The notes below the pieces were generated by a model. It had not been told where the DNA came from. It was given only the letters and a program-made list of their open reading frames with translations, and searched no databases. Below are positions 63,301 through 64,000 of a DNA stretch of 64,000 nucleotides, piece after piece (the stretch's first letter is position 1; every line of letters starts with the position of its first letter). This DNA is from Hypanus sabinus (Eukaryota): positions 134,354,001 through 134,418,000 of the forward strand of contig NC_082713.1 in assembly GCF_030144855.1 (NCBI RefSeq), read 5' to 3'. The position numbers were made by a program, and so were the translations under genes.

Positions 63301-64000
63301 GCAGCCCTCCCATGAGAAAAACATTTGATGCGGGACTTATAAAAAATTCAAAGGAAATTACCATTAAAAGGTTTCTGCTTTAGAAGGGAGGGATATGGTT
63401 TGAGGCAAACGACAATATGTGGACCCCACCTCTTCTCTGTACTTCTACCTGGGCATGTACAATTACACAGCACAGTAGCAGTCCCTCAAGTTGCTTTGTT
63501 GAACCTATGTCCTGAGCACAACATTGATGAAATGCATTTCATTTTATGTATTAATTTAATCTCAGAACATTTCTAAATACTTTGCTAAATCAACATCCAC
63601 AGTAATAGACAAAACAGTAATACACAAAAGCAGCATGGACTAATCCATGCATTTGCATTTGACAAGGACAGAAAAATGATAAAAATTCACAAAAAGATAA
63701 TTTCAGCCTTGCACTTTGAAACTTTTTTTTGGAATTGGCTCACCAGTGTCTATACCAAACATTTCAAAACCATTTAATTAAACAGAAGAATGGAATGGCA
63801 TAGTAAAAGAAAATGGTCTTCACCAGAGCTCAATAAGTTCTGTACTTTAACAACATGAGTTCTGATTTAAAAATTCACACATGGAGAGTTGCTGTGTGGT
63901 TACAAAGGGGTAATTTTCTCTCTTTGAGCCATATTTCCTCCAATAAGTTATTTGTTTCAAAGGAGATCAAATTAGCTGAGAGAATAAAAAAAATCCGTTC

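Overview
Vertebrate genomic DNA. The repeat content suggests a cartilaginous fish (shark or ray), which is an inference. The only host gene is the terminal coding exon of the orphan GPCR GPR37 (+ strand, 14984-15799) with its 3' UTR. Positions 1-14983 are its large intron (exon 1 lies outside the window) and the downstream ~47 kb is intergenic. Most of the rest is transposable elements. Three LTR retrotransposons have paired LTRs and target-site duplications (TSDs). (1) A compact Gypsy element (22118-26491) has no tRNA primer-binding site (PBS); instead a 12-nt sequence there is complementary to its own LTR poly(A)-signal region. (2) A SCAN-domain Gmr1-like Gypsy element (27416-32573, - strand) retains only gag-protease plus an apparent degenerate second protease. 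(3) A young BEL/Pao element (39927-44740, LTRs ~99% identical) has RT, RNase H and the integrase core deleted in frame. Also present: a 5'-truncated Penelope-like element, many dispersed Penelope-type termini that fold as minimal hammerhead ribozymes, a piggyBac-type MITE, a tRNA-derived SINE with TSD, and many CR1 and Rex/Babar LINE fragments. Five of the seven TSD-bounded insertions sit inside older repeats. There is no prokaryotic content or CRISPR array. Coordinates and identities were read by eye.
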